From Bacteroidaceae bacterium (GTDB taxonomy: Bacteria; Bacteroidota; Bacteroidia; Bacteroidales; Bacteroidaceae), in NCBI GenBank assembly GCA_017958545.1, contig JAGDCM010000088.1, forward strand, positions 1,249 to 65,248: a stretch of 64,000 bases of DNA, read 5' to 3'. Made by a program: the position numbers and the translations under genes. The notes below the pieces were generated by a model, which saw only the letters and a program-made list of their open reading frames with translations, had not been told where the DNA came from and made no database searches. Positions 44,075 through 53,791 of the stretch are shown here, piece after piece (the first letter of the stretch is position 1; each line of letters begins with the position of its first letter).

Positions 44075-45412
44075 GTGAACTATCTTATAGATACTTTGAT
44101 TGCGGCGTGGCATTTGGCTTGTGCTGTGTCTCCTTATTTGCTTCTTGGATTTTTTCTTTCCGGTTTAGTCCGCTTGTGGGTACCTTCTAAAGTGACATCT
44201 CCACATTTTTCTAAGAAGGGTTTGGGTAGTGTTATACGTGGTGCCCTATATGGATTAGCCTTGCCGATTGCTTCAGGCAAAACATTGTCAAAAGCAATTC
44301 AATTAAGACGCCTTGGCGCTTCAAGAGGTGGTACTATCTCGTTTCTGACATCGGCATCTCAATCCGGCATTGACAGTTTTGCTGTAGTATATGCGCTGAT
44401 TGGCTTGCCTTTTGCTATTATTCGGGTCGTTGTGTCATTTTTGACAAGTCTTTTTGTCGGTTTCCTGGTGACAACTTCTCCGGATGAAAAAGCGCATAAA
44501 TCGCGTAGTCATCACAAGAGAAAGGCTTCGTTCTTCCAAAGAATGTATGGAGCTGAAGCTGAAAAAGAGAAAAATGATTCGCTTCTACATGTTATAAAGA
44601 ATGCTTTCTTCTATTCTTTTGTTCGCATGCCGAGACACGTAGGAGGATGGCTTGTTGTAGGACTGCTCGTTGCAGGATTTATACTTGTATGTGTGCCGGA
44701 CGATACTTTTGAGTTTTTCCTCAATGATAGCATTTTCTCTATATTCTTTGTGTTGATACTGGTTCCTTTGATGCATGTGTGCGCTACAGGTACTTTGCCA
44801 ATAGCATATGCATTGATGTTAAGAGGTATAACACCCGGTGCGATTATTGTCTTGTTGATGGCCGGTGTGGCGACGAACCTTTCTTCGATGAAGCTGATTC
44901 GTGGTACAATGGGATGGAGAGTGCTCATCCTGTATGTGGCAGGCGTTGTCTTTTGCAGTATAATGTTCGGCGTAATGATTGATACGAGATTGCCGCATGC
45001 ATTGTTCGCTGTGTCCCCCTTGCGTTATTTCGGCGCATCTGCAACGGAACCGGAGTGGTGGGCAACAGCAATGACCATAGTTCTGTTTATATTAATATGT
45101 ATAGGACATTTGCAGTCGCTTCAATATCACCGTCGTCACCATCACAGACATCAAGAGTCTCAGATGTTGAAAAATGTTGTCACGGTTATGTTGTTTGATG
45201 TGACAGGAATGACAGATCGTAATTCTGCAATACTAATTCAGAAAAGTATTAGCAGTATGGAAGCCATAGAAGGGTGTGAGGTGTCATTCACTCATGGACA
45301 GGCAATGGTGAAGGGTGTGAATCTTCGAGCAGAAAACATTGTGAATGCGATTGAGTCTTTAGGTTTTGAGGCATCGTATCTACAGCAAATAGACGTAGAG
45401 GAGACCGTTTAA
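44075..45412 (+). CDS. Predicted permease (DUF318 / SO_0444-like metal efflux family) with His-rich linker and C-terminal HMA-like domain lacking the CxxC motif
   Basis: GTG start with no in-frame ATG upstream. Polytopic. HRRHHHRHQ linker. C-terminal ferredoxin-like HMA fold pattern with GMTDRNS in place of GMTCxxC. Confidence 0.65.
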   Translation: MNYLIDTLIAAWHLACAVSPYLLLGFFLSGLVRLWVPSKVTSPHFSKKGLGSVIRGALYGLALPIASGKTLSKAIQLRRLGASRGGTISFLTSASQSGIDSFAVVYALIGLPFAIIRVVVSFLTSLFVGFLVTTSPDEKAHKSRSHHKRKASFFQRMYGAEAEKEKNDSLLHVIKNAFFYSFVRMPRHVGGWLVVGLLVAGFILVCVPDDTFEFFLNDSIFSIFFVLILVPLMHVCATGTLPIAYALMLRGITPGAIIVLLMAGVATNLSSMKLIRGTMGWRVLILYVAGVVFCSIMFGVMIDTRLPHALFAVSPLRYFGASATEPEWWATAMTIVLFILICIGHLQSLQYHRRHHHRHQESQMLKNVVTVMLFDVTGMTDRNSAILIQKSISSMEAIEGCEVSFTHGQAMVKGVNLRAENIVNAIESLGFEASYLQQIDVEETV

Positions 45413-46734
45413 TGATAGCAACTCTTAGTAATTTCCTTTGGGGGTGGCCACTGATAGTGCTTTTGTTGGGTACTCATCTGTGGCTTACCATTTGTTTGAG
45501 GTTCCCGCAGCGTCACATATTTCGTGCCATACGTCTTTCCATTACACGTGATAAGGACGCTCATGGTGATGTCTCTCAGTTTGCAGCTCTCGCAACGGCT
45601 TTGGCTGCCACTATAGGTACCGGAAATATAATAGGTGTTGCCACGGCCATTGCGTTAGGCGGTCCAGGTGCGGTTCTGTGGTGCTGGCTTACCGGTGTTT
45701 TTGGCATAGCAACAAAGTATTCGGAGTCTCTATTGGCCGTGCGCTACCGCGTGAAGTCCCGTGATGGTTATATGATAGGCGGCCCGATGTATACCTTACA
45801 TCGAGGATTGGGTATGAAATGGCTTGCCGTTCTTTTTGCAGTTTTTGGCGTATGTGCATCTTTTGGTATTGGCAATATGGTGCAGTGTAATGCAATTACT
45901 TTGCTATGTAATGAATCATATGATATATCCACATCATTTTCATCGGCAGCGGTAACGTTTTTTGTTGCGTTGGTTGTCGTGTTTGGTGTTAAAGGTATTG
46001 CCCGGGTATGCACAGCTTTTGTACCGTTAATGGCTGTGCTATACGTTATGGGTTGTATATACATACTGATATTCAATGGAGCCTATGTGTGGGAAGCTCT
46101 ATGTCTGATAGTTCGTAGTGCATTCACGCCTCAGGCTGCGGGCGGAGGCTTTGTCGGCGTTTCAATGATGCTGTCTATACGTTACGGCGTGGCTCGTGGA
46201 CTGTTTTCAAATGAGAGTGGTTTGGGTAGTGCGCCAATTGTTGCTGCTGCAGCTCAGACAAAAACTCCTGTACGTCAAGCGCTAGTTTCATCCACCGGTA
46301 CTTTCTGGGATACCGTGGTAGTATGTCTGTTGACAGGACTTGTAATTGTGTCCTCTGTTTTGGCTCATGACGGCATCGGATTCTCAAACGGTGCTTCTCT
46401 GACGAAGCATGCATTCGCTACGATACCGTATGTCGGGACTCCGTTGTTGACCTTTGGCATTATTACGTTTGCCTTCTCTACCATTTTGGGATGGTGCTAT
46501 TATGGAGAGAAGTGCATACAGTATTTGGGTGGTGGAGAGCGTGGCCGTTATTTCAAGTGGATATATCGTTTTCTTTTTATTGTGTTCATCTATATCGGTG
46601 GTACACAGCAGTTGAATCTCGTATGGGATTTTTCTGATTTGGCGAACGGTATGATGGCCATACCTAACCTTGTGTCACTCCTTCTTTTGACAGGTGTCAT
46701 TGTTAAGGAGTCCCGTAGGGGGGGGGTGCTTTAA
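45412..46734 (+). CDS. Alanine/glycine:cation symporter (AGCS family)
   Basis: 440 aa. AGCS motifs ALATALAATIGTGNIIGVATAI..GGPGA.LW and FSNESGLGSAPI. Confidence 0.85.
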   Translation: MIATLSNFLWGWPLIVLLLGTHLWLTICLRFPQRHIFRAIRLSITRDKDAHGDVSQFAALATALAATIGTGNIIGVATAIALGGPGAVLWCWLTGVFGIATKYSESLLAVRYRVKSRDGYMIGGPMYTLHRGLGMKWLAVLFAVFGVCASFGIGNMVQCNAITLLCNESYDISTSFSSAAVTFFVALVVVFGVKGIARVCTAFVPLMAVLYVMGCIYILIFNGAYVWEALCLIVRSAFTPQAAGGGFVGVSMMLSIRYGVARGLFSNESGLGSAPIVAAAAQTKTPVRQALVSSTGTFWDTVVVCLLTGLVIVSSVLAHDGIGFSNGASLTKHAFATIPYVGTPLLTFGIITFAFSTILGWCYYGEKCIQYLGGGERGRYFKWIYRFLFIVFIYIGGTQQLNLVWDFSDLANGMMAIPNLVSLLLLTGVIVKESRRGGVL

Positions 46735-47483
46735 TAGACGGTTTCGCAGATACGGTGCACTCGAATGCCTCTTGCGTGGTAGCTTTTTCTATTGTTGAAA
46801 ATTGCGTCAGAGGCCCAATAGCCGAGCTCGGCTGTCAGTATGCCAATTGCAGCCCCTACAACAACATCACTCACATAGTGACGGTTGTTCAGGACACGCA
46901 TCACTGCCACACTGGAAGCAACAGTGTATCCGCATATGGGAATCCATACGGAACGGTGGCCATACTCGTGCGCTAAAAGGGTTGCTCCCATGAATGCGGT
47001 AGCCGTGTGTCCTGATGGGAAACTGTTGCTGGCATCGTTAGGACGGGTGCGATTGATAGAATATTTCATACAGTTCACTACGCCGGCCATCATTGCTGCC
47101 GCCATCGCATCTGCAACAAGAGCATTCCACCGATTCTTTGAGCGTCCCTTCATGCCTCCGAGCACCATACCTACGTGTGTCGCTACGGGCAAATACTGTA
47201 TGTAGTCATCTGCGGAACAGTTTATTCCGTCGTTACCCCAGTGATTTCTTACCTTGTCGCGTATGCTTTGGTCTGCAGGCATTAATGCAAAACCGGTTAC
47301 AGCAATGGGTACAGCTATTGAAAACGCATGATGCGTACGATTGAGATTCCAACTTTTATGGGTATGTGTCACATCGTTCGCGCCAGCCAGTTCTTTTTGT
47401 CGGATGGCTAAACTGTCTATCTGTGCATAACTGTGTGATAATACGCAAACAGCAGCAATTATATATACCAATAATCGCTTCAC
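46731..47483 (-). CDS. PAP2 family phosphatase, secreted/membrane
   Basis: GTG start, signal peptide, PAP2 motifs SFPSGHTATAF and SDVVVG. Confidence 0.8.
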   Translation of the reverse strand: MKRLLVYIIAAVCVLSHSYAQIDSLAIRQKELAGANDVTHTHKSWNLNRTHHAFSIAVPIAVTGFALMPADQSIRDKVRNHWGNDGINCSADDYIQYLPVATHVGMVLGGMKGRSKNRWNALVADAMAAAMMAGVVNCMKYSINRTRPNDASNSFPSGHTATAFMGATLLAHEYGHRSVWIPICGYTVASSVAVMRVLNNRHYVSDVVVGAAIGILTAELGYWASDAIFNNRKSYHARGIRVHRICETVY

Positions 47484-48595
47484 GATATAGGGTTGTTTAA
47501 AAGGTCTATTTTGCCTGCGTGTACGCTAAATAGCCGATGGTCACGTGATGTGGCAGAGAGAATCTGGTCAAGGTGATCCCGATTGGTGTCGGTTATGAAT
47601 GTTTGTCCGAAGCGCTCTGAGGAAATGAGTTCTATTATCTGCTCTACACGTTGTGCGTCAAGGCGGTCGAAGATATCATCCAAAAGGAGTATGGGTGTGG
47701 TGCCGGAACCGCTTTTGTGAAGGAAGTCAAATTGGGCAAGTTTCATGGACAATACCATAGTTCTTTTTTGTCCCAGGGAGGCTTCGCGACGCAGAGGGTA
47801 TCCGTCTACGGTCATGGATAAATCGTCACGGTGGATACCGTGAAGAGAATAACCCATAATGCGATCTTTCATGCGTCCGGCACGAATTACATCTAACAAA
47901 TCACCACGGTCTCCGTGGCTCTCATACGTGAGCGATACTTCCTCATGATGCTGAGAGATGGCTTCGTATGTTTCTTGGACTACCGGTATGAATTGTTCGA
48001 TGAATAGCTTGCGCTGGTTGTAGATAAAAGTCCCGTGTCTCGCCATCTCCTCTTCCCATAGCGATAGAAGGGTTGGGTCGGGTTCGGCTTCCATTTTAAG
48101 GAGTGCGTTGCGCTGCTGTAGTGCCTTGTTGTATGTAGAAAGAGCATCAAGATAGGGGGCAGAGGTTTGTGCGATGACACCATCCAGGAATCGGCGACGC
48201 TCCGCACTCTCACCACTGACAAGAAGATTGTCCTCAGGGGAAATAAGGACAAGAGGTATGAGCCCGATATGTTCCGATAGGCGTTTATATGCTTTAGCCC
48301 CGCGTCGCATAATTTTTTTTTGACCGCGTTTGAGACCTACACGAATGCATTCCTGAGTGCCGTCTTCACTTATATAATCCCCTCCAATCGACATCATATC
48401 TGCTTCGTGCCGGATGCAAAGAGAGTCCTGAGTGGTGAATGACGACTTGGAAAGTGATAGAAAGTAGATAGCATCAAGAAGGTTGGTCTTCCCTTCTCCA
48501 TTGTTGCCAATGAGACAGTTGATGCCATCGGAGAAATCAAGTTCTGCCTCTGTAATATTGCGGTAGTTGAGTATCGAAAGATGATTTAATATCAT
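47480..48595 (-). CDS. recF: DNA replication and repair protein RecF
   Basis: Walker A GNNGEGKTNLLDA, signature-like region, LLLDDIFDRLD Walker B. Confidence 0.9.
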   Translation of the reverse strand: MILNHLSILNYRNITEAELDFSDGINCLIGNNGEGKTNLLDAIYFLSLSKSSFTTQDSLCIRHEADMMSIGGDYISEDGTQECIRVGLKRGQKKIMRRGAKAYKRLSEHIGLIPLVLISPEDNLLVSGESAERRRFLDGVIAQTSAPYLDALSTYNKALQQRNALLKMEAEPDPTLLSLWEEEMARHGTFIYNQRKLFIEQFIPVVQETYEAISQHHEEVSLTYESHGDRGDLLDVIRAGRMKDRIMGYSLHGIHRDDLSMTVDGYPLRREASLGQKRTMVLSMKLAQFDFLHKSGSGTTPILLLDDIFDRLDAQRVEQIIELISSERFGQTFITDTNRDHLDQILSATSRDHRLFSVHAGKIDLLNNPIS

Positions 48596-48605
48596 AATGC
48601 GAGTG

Positions 48606-48621
48606 CAAAAATATGAAAAAA
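48606..48621 (-). promoter_or_regulatory. T6 + CA + TATTTTTG promoter of recF
   Basis: Minus strand reads TTTTTT CA TATTTTTG CACTCGCATT ATG. Confidence 0.5.
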
Positions 48622-48668
48622 GTTCACATGTTGGTGACTAACTCCCCAAAACTTTTTGGAGATTGCAG

Positions 48669-48685
48669 TTTTTTTTGTAACTTTG
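48669..48685 (+). promoter_or_regulatory. T8 + G + TAACTTTG promoter of the TPR-ribH unit
   Basis: TAnnTTTG match 28 nt upstream of ATG 48714. Confidence 0.55.
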
Positions 48686-48713
48686 TGCCCGAATTTGATA
48701 AATATATAATAAT

Positions 48714-49385
48714 ATGGCAAAGAAGAAACAAGCCAATCAGGTGAATGAAATAGATCAGACTGTAGCTGCATCTAAAGATTTTGTGGAGAAGCATCAGAAA
48801 AGTATTATCTACGGAGGTGGTGCTTTGATTGTGATTGTTATTGTGGCACTGCTGATGCATCAGTTTTACTTCGTTCCTCGGGAACAGAAAGCAGCAGAAG
48901 AGATTTCTGTCGCAGAGGCATCATTCCGTTCTGGAGAGTGGGATAAGGCCCTCAACGGTGATGGCGAGGGTGCTGGCTTTTTAGAAATTATTGATAGCTA
49001 TGGAGGTACTAAGAGTGGGAACTTGGCTCGACTCTATGCTGGTTTGTGCTATGTGCAGAAGGGTGACGCTCAGACAGCTATCGACTATCTGGAAGACTAC
49101 GACGGTTGTGGCGATGAGATGGTCTCTAACGCAGCAATGGGTGCTCTCGGAAACTGTTATGCAGAAGTAGGCGAGAACCTTAAAGGTGCAAAGACTCTTG
49201 TGAAGGCTGCCAAGAAGGCTGATAATAACACTCTTTCGCCCGTTTATTATCTGCAGGCTGGCCAGTTGTATGCCGCAGAGGGTGAGAAAGAGAAGGCTAT
49301 GGAGTGCTATATGACGGTGAAGACAAAGTATTCCCAGAGTGTGGTAGCTCAAGAGATAGATAAATTTATCGAGACTGTTCGTTAA
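48714..49385 (+). CDS. Membrane-anchored tetratricopeptide-repeat protein (YfgM-like)
   Basis: 223 aa with an N-terminal TM helix IIYGGGALIVIVIVALLM followed by TPR-like helices. Confidence 0.6.
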   Translation: MAKKKQANQVNEIDQTVAASKDFVEKHQKSIIYGGGALIVIVIVALLMHQFYFVPREQKAAEEISVAEASFRSGEWDKALNGDGEGAGFLEIIDSYGGTKSGNLARLYAGLCYVQKGDAQTAIDYLEDYDGCGDEMVSNAAMGALGNCYAEVGENLKGAKTLVKAAKKADNNTLSPVYYLQAGQLYAAEGEKEKAMECYMTVKTKYSQSVVAQEIDKFIETVR

Positions 49386-49410
49386 ACATAATCCTGCAAA
49401 TTAGAGAGCA

Positions 49411-49887
49411 ATGGCCAGCGAGCAGCATAATCTCAGCAGTTATGATGTTGCAGGTGTTCCATCGGGCAAGGGTAAAAGATTTGCCGTTATTGTGAGTGAA
49501 TGGAACAGCGATGTGACGGGAGCGTTGTGTGAGGGGTGCTGTGAGACGTTGAAGAAACATGGCGTGGAGGATGATGACATCATCGTAACGAGCGTGCCTG
49601 GTAGTTACGAGCTGATATATGCCAGCGCAGTGATGATGAGGAAAACTGATGCCGTGATTGCTATAGGATGTGTAATACGTGGTGACACTCCGCACTTTGA
49701 TTACATTTGTCAAGGCGTAACAAATGGTTTGGCAGAACTTAATGCTAAAGGTGATACTCCGGTTATCTTCGGTCTTTTGACCTGTGATACGCAACAGCAA
49801 GCGGAAGAAAGGGCCGGGGGGCGCTTGGGTAATAAGGGTAGTGAGTGTGCCGTGGCAGCACTTAAAATGGCTAATATCGTAAATTAA
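49411..49887 (+). CDS. ribH: 6,7-dimethyl-8-ribityllumazine synthase
   Basis: 158 aa. [34 protein letters not shown]. Confidence 0.95.
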   Translation: MASEQHNLSSYDVAGVPSGKGKRFAVIVSEWNSDVTGALCEGCCETLKKHGVEDDDIIVTSVPGSYELIYASAVMMRKTDAVIAIGCVIRGDTPHFDYICQGVTNGLAELNAKGDTPVIFGLLTCDTQQQAEERAGGRLGNKGSECAVAALKMANIVN

Positions 49888-49896
49888 ACATAAATT

Positions 49897-49919
49897 AGAG
49901 CCTTCGGGCTCTTCATTTT
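49897..49919 (+). terminator. Small terminator hairpin after ribH
   Basis: AGAGCC-TTCG-GGCTCT followed by TCATTTT. Confidence 0.55.
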
Positions 49920-49945
49920 ACGCGCGTGCGCGTGCTATAGAGATT

Positions 49946-52459
49946 ATGGAAGATCAAGACAGAATAATTAAGGTGGACATCGAGTCCGAGATGCGGAAAA
50001 GCTACATCGACTATTCGATGAGTGTTATTGTGGCACGTGCTTTGCCTGATGTGCGTGATGGTTTCAAACCTGTGCATCGCCGCATACTCTTCGGTATGAA
50101 GGAACTTGGCAATTTGCATTCAAAGCCCTATAAGAAGAGTGCTCGTATAGTCGGTGAAGTGTTGGGTAAGTATCATCCCCACGGAGATTCCAGCGTTTAT
50201 GGTGCATTGGTGCGAATGGCACAGGATTGGAATATGCGTTACATGTTGGTGGACGGCCAGGGTAACTTCGGTTCGGTCGACGGTGACGGTGCAGCAGCAA
50301 TGCGTTATACTGAAGCTCGTCTTTCGTTGATGGGTGAAGCGATGATGGACGATTTGGAAAAGGAAACTGTGGATATGACCACTAACTTTGACGATACGCT
50401 CTATGAACCCACAGTAATGCCGACCAAGATACCTAATCTGCTGGTCAACGGTGCTACGGGTATTGCCGTAGGTATGGCGACGAATATTCCCACTCACAAT
50501 CTCTCAGAGGTGCTTGATGCCTGTGTGGCATTTATCGATGATGAGACGCTTGATAACGAAGCCCTGATGCAGTATGTCAAAGGTCCGGACGTCCCGACTG
50601 GCGGCTATATCATGGGCTTGCAGGGTATTCGTGATGCCTATGAAACAGGCCGTGGACGTATAATAATGAGGGCAAAGGCAGATATCGAGTCAGGAGAGCA
50701 GCATGATAAGATTATCATCACGGAGATTCCATATGGCGTAAACAAGGCTCAACTTATCGAATACATTGCAGAACTGGTTAAAGAGGGAAAACTTGACGGT
50801 ATATCCAATGCCAATGATGAGAGTGACCGTGAGGGTATGCGCATTGTGGTGGATGTGAAGAGAGATGCGAACGCACGTGTGGTGTTGAATAAGCTCTTCA
50901 AGATGACACCGCTTCAGACCTCTTTCCCGGTCAATGCCATTGCTTTGGTAAAGGGTAGGCCCAAACTCCTTACTTTGCGTGATTGTATCAAGAATTTCGT
51001 CATTCACAGACATGATGTGGTGATACGCCGCACCAAGTATGACTTGAGAAAAGCGGAAGAGAGAGCTCACATTCTGGAAGGTCTGATTATCGCATCGGAC
51101 AATATCGATGAGGTGGTACAGATTATTAAAAAAAGTAAGACTCCTCAGGAGGCTCAAGAGAACCTTCAAAAGCGTTTCGGTTTGGACGAGGTGCAGTCGA
51201 AGGCAATTGTCGATATGCGTCTGGCCCAATTGACCGGTCTGCAGCAGGAGAAACTCCATGCAGAGTTTAACGATTTGCAGGAGAAGATTAAATACTTCAA
51301 CCAGATACTTACGGACGATTTTTTGTGCCGCAAGGTAATGAAGAACGAACTACTGGAGGTGAAGAACCAGTATGGTGACGAGCGCCGCACGGAGATTTTG
51401 CCAAGTGCAGAGGAGTTCAATGCAGAGGATTTCTATGCCGACGACGATGTCGTGATTACTATCTCGCATCTTGGATATATCAAGAGAACGCCTTTGGCAG
51501 AGTTCCGTGCCCAAGGACGTGGCGGTATCGGCGTGAAGGGTAGTGCAACGAGAGACAGTGATTTCATAGAGCATATCTACACAGCCACGATGCACAATAC
51601 GATGATGTTCTTTACGGACAGGGGACGTTGTTATTGGCTTAAGGTGTATGACATCCCTGAGGGCTCAAAGCAGAACAAGGGACGTGCTATTCAGAATCTG
51701 TTGCAGATAGAGCCTGGAGATAACATCTCTAATTGTCTGTGCATCCGCAAACTGCAGATTCCGGAATTCTGTGAGTCACATTATGTGATGTTCTGTACCA
51801 AGGAGGGTATCATAAAGAAGACCTGTTTGAAGGAGTATTCCCGTCCGAGAGCTAATGGTGTGATTGCCATTAATATACGCGAAGAGGATGCTGTGATAGC
51901 GGTTGCTTTGACGAATGGTAGCGATGAGGTTGTGGTGGCAAGCCGCAACGGTAAGGCCGTGCGCTTCTCTGAAAGTCAGGTTCGCCCGATGGGACGTAAC
52001 TCCACCGGTGTTCAGAGCATTATCCTCGATGGTGAAGACGATGCAGTTGTCGGCATGGCAGTTATCAATGATGTGGAGAACGAGAAGATACTTGTTCTGT
52101 CGGATCAGGGCTTTGGTAAGCGTACTGATGTCGAGGAATATCGTAAGACGAGCCGTCATGCAAAAGGCGTAAAGACGTTGAATATCACAGAGAGGACGGG
52201 TAAGGTAGTGGCTCTTCTGGTGACTAAGGAAGAAGATGACCTCATGATTATCAATAAGAGCGGTACTACAATCCGACTCCACATGGATGTCATAACGGAG
52301 ACCAAGGGTCGTGTGACTCAGGGGACGAAGGTCATCGAACTCAAGAAACGTAACGACGAAATCAGTCACGTATGCATTGTTCCTCGTGAAGAAACAGAAG
52401 AGGAAGAAGTGACTCCCGAAAACACGGAAGCCACACCAAGTGAAAGTAATGAAGAATAA
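49946..52459 (+). CDS. gyrA: DNA gyrase subunit A
   Basis: 837 aa. [36 protein letters not shown] (QRDR), active-site AAMRYTE, C-terminal beta-pinwheel repeats and an acidic tail. Confidence 0.97.
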   Translation: MEDQDRIIKVDIESEMRKSYIDYSMSVIVARALPDVRDGFKPVHRRILFGMKELGNLHSKPYKKSARIVGEVLGKYHPHGDSSVYGALVRMAQDWNMRYMLVDGQGNFGSVDGDGAAAMRYTEARLSLMGEAMMDDLEKETVDMTTNFDDTLYEPTVMPTKIPNLLVNGATGIAVGMATNIPTHNLSEVLDACVAFIDDETLDNEALMQYVKGPDVPTGGYIMGLQGIRDAYETGRGRIIMRAKADIESGEQHDKIIITEIPYGVNKAQLIEYIAELVKEGKLDGISNANDESDREGMRIVVDVKRDANARVVLNKLFKMTPLQTSFPVNAIALVKGRPKLLTLRDCIKNFVIHRHDVVIRRTKYDLRKAEERAHILEGLIIASDNIDEVVQIIKKSKTPQEAQENLQKRFGLDEVQSKAIVDMRLAQLTGLQQEKLHAEFNDLQEKIKYFNQILTDDFLCRKVMKNELLEVKNQYGDERRTEILPSAEEFNAEDFYADDDVVITISHLGYIKRTPLAEFRAQGRGGIGVKGSATRDSDFIEHIYTATMHNTMMFFTDRGRCYWLKVYDIPEGSKQNKGRAIQNLLQIEPGDNISNCLCIRKLQIPEFCESHYVMFCTKEGIIKKTCLKEYSRPRANGVIAINIREEDAVIAVALTNGSDEVVVASRNGKAVRFSESQVRPMGRNSTGVQSIILDGEDDAVVGMAVINDVENEKILVLSDQGFGKRTDVEEYRKTSRHAKGVKTLNITERTGKVVALLVTKEEDDLMIINKSGTTIRLHMDVITETKGRVTQGTKVIELKKRNDEISHVCIVPREETEEEEVTPENTEATPSESNEE

Positions 52460-52480
52460 CCCTTAAAATACTAAAGCACT

Positions 52481-53791
52481 ATGAAAAAGTTGATGATTGC
52501 TCTTGCCATGCTGTTAACAGCAGGTATGGTGTCGGCTCAGACACCTGAGGAGAAGGCTGCTATGAAGGAAGCCAAAGCACAGTTGACCCAGTCAATGAAG
52601 TTGCGTGATGCAGCAAAGGCTGCGCTGCAAGCGGCAACACCGGAAAAGCCGGCAGATATGGAAACTGTGAAAAGCAACTGTTTGCAAGCAGATGAACTTA
52701 TAGAGAAGGCCCTTGCCGGCGGACACATTGACAGTAAGAAGTTATTTGATGCATATTTCGTTAAGGATGAGGCTAACACATTCCTTCTGAATATTGAATT
52801 CGGAAAATACCAGCAAAAGCAGGATGTTGATGTAGATTTTTTCACAACATCGTTGAACAAGGCATGCGACGGCATGAGTGGTGTTCTCAAATATGGTAAT
52901 CCCAAGGATGACACTCAAGCCGGTATAATGAAGGCTGAAAAGGCGAAGTTGGCTAAGTGTCAGGTGTACTACGCTCTTCTGGTGCAGATAGCCAATGGCA
53001 ACGGTAATTCACAAGCTGTGATAGAAAACTGCAAGAAGTACATCGACTACCCTAAAGCATATCCTGAGGTGGCTGACCTCTGTGCCAATCCCAATCCTTC
53101 CTATCCGCAGATGGGCTACTACATCTGTGCAATGGCTTATAACCTCAAGGATTGGAAGACTCTGGCAGAGTTCACACCGTTAGCCAAGCAGTTTGACGAT
53201 CCCGATGCCAAGACGTTCATGGAAGCAGCTTCTACCAACGCATTGTTGCAGCAGGGCGACACCATCGGTTGGGTGAAGGCTATGCGTGAGCAGATTGCCA
53301 AGGATCCCACTAGCGAAGAGAGCGAGGTGACCATACAGAACCTGATGGCTTTCTATTCCAAGAATCCTGTAGAACTGAGCAAGTTCTGCGACGAGGTGCT
53401 GGCAGAGGCTCCATACAGCAAGATGGCCAACTATGGCAAGGGCTACAGTCTCTTTGCTGAATCGAAATACGCTGAGGCATTGGAATACTATAAGAAGTCC
53501 GTTGAGGCTGATTCCAACTATCTGGACGGCAATATTCAGTGCGGTATCTGTTTGTTCAATATCGCTGACGCAAACAACAAGACCATCGCAGGTAAGCGCT
53601 ACAAGTCACAGGCCGAGGCAGATGCCGATGTGCAGAACAATGTGAAGGCTTATTTTGAGCAGGCACTGCCTTACTTTGAGAAAGTACGTGAACTGGTGCC
53701 TGATGAACCCAACCGCTGGGCCTACGAGCTGCGTACTATCTACAATGCAATAGGACAGAAGGATAAGGCGAAGGAACTTGAGAATTATTAA
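52481..53791 (+). CDS. Secreted TPR-like / all-helical hypothetical protein
   Basis: 436 aa. Signal peptide MKKLMIALAMLLTAGMVSAQ, helical repeat composition, no enzyme motifs. Confidence 0.55.
   Translation: MKKLMIALAMLLTAGMVSAQTPEEKAAMKEAKAQLTQSMKLRDAAKAALQAATPEKPADMETVKSNCLQADELIEKALAGGHIDSKKLFDAYFVKDEANTFLLNIEFGKYQQKQDVDVDFFTTSLNKACDGMSGVLKYGNPKDDTQAGIMKAEKAKLAKCQVYYALLVQIANGNGNSQAVIENCKKYIDYPKAYPEVADLCANPNPSYPQMGYYICAMAYNLKDWKTLAEFTPLAKQFDDPDAKTFMEAASTNALLQQGDTIGWVKAMREQIAKDPTSEESEVTIQNLMAFYSKNPVELSKFCDEVLAEAPYSKMANYGKGYSLFAESKYAEALEYYKKSVEADSNYLDGNIQCGICLFNIADANNKTIAGKRYKSQAEADADVQNNVKAYFEQALPYFEKVRELVPDEPNRWAYELRTIYNAIGQKDKAKELENY

Noticed and set aside
49386-49410. FMN riboswitch upstream of ribH.
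   Set aside because: Only 25 nt separate ribH from the preceding TPR gene, far too short for an RFN element. ribH appears co-transcribed from the 48669..48685 promoter.
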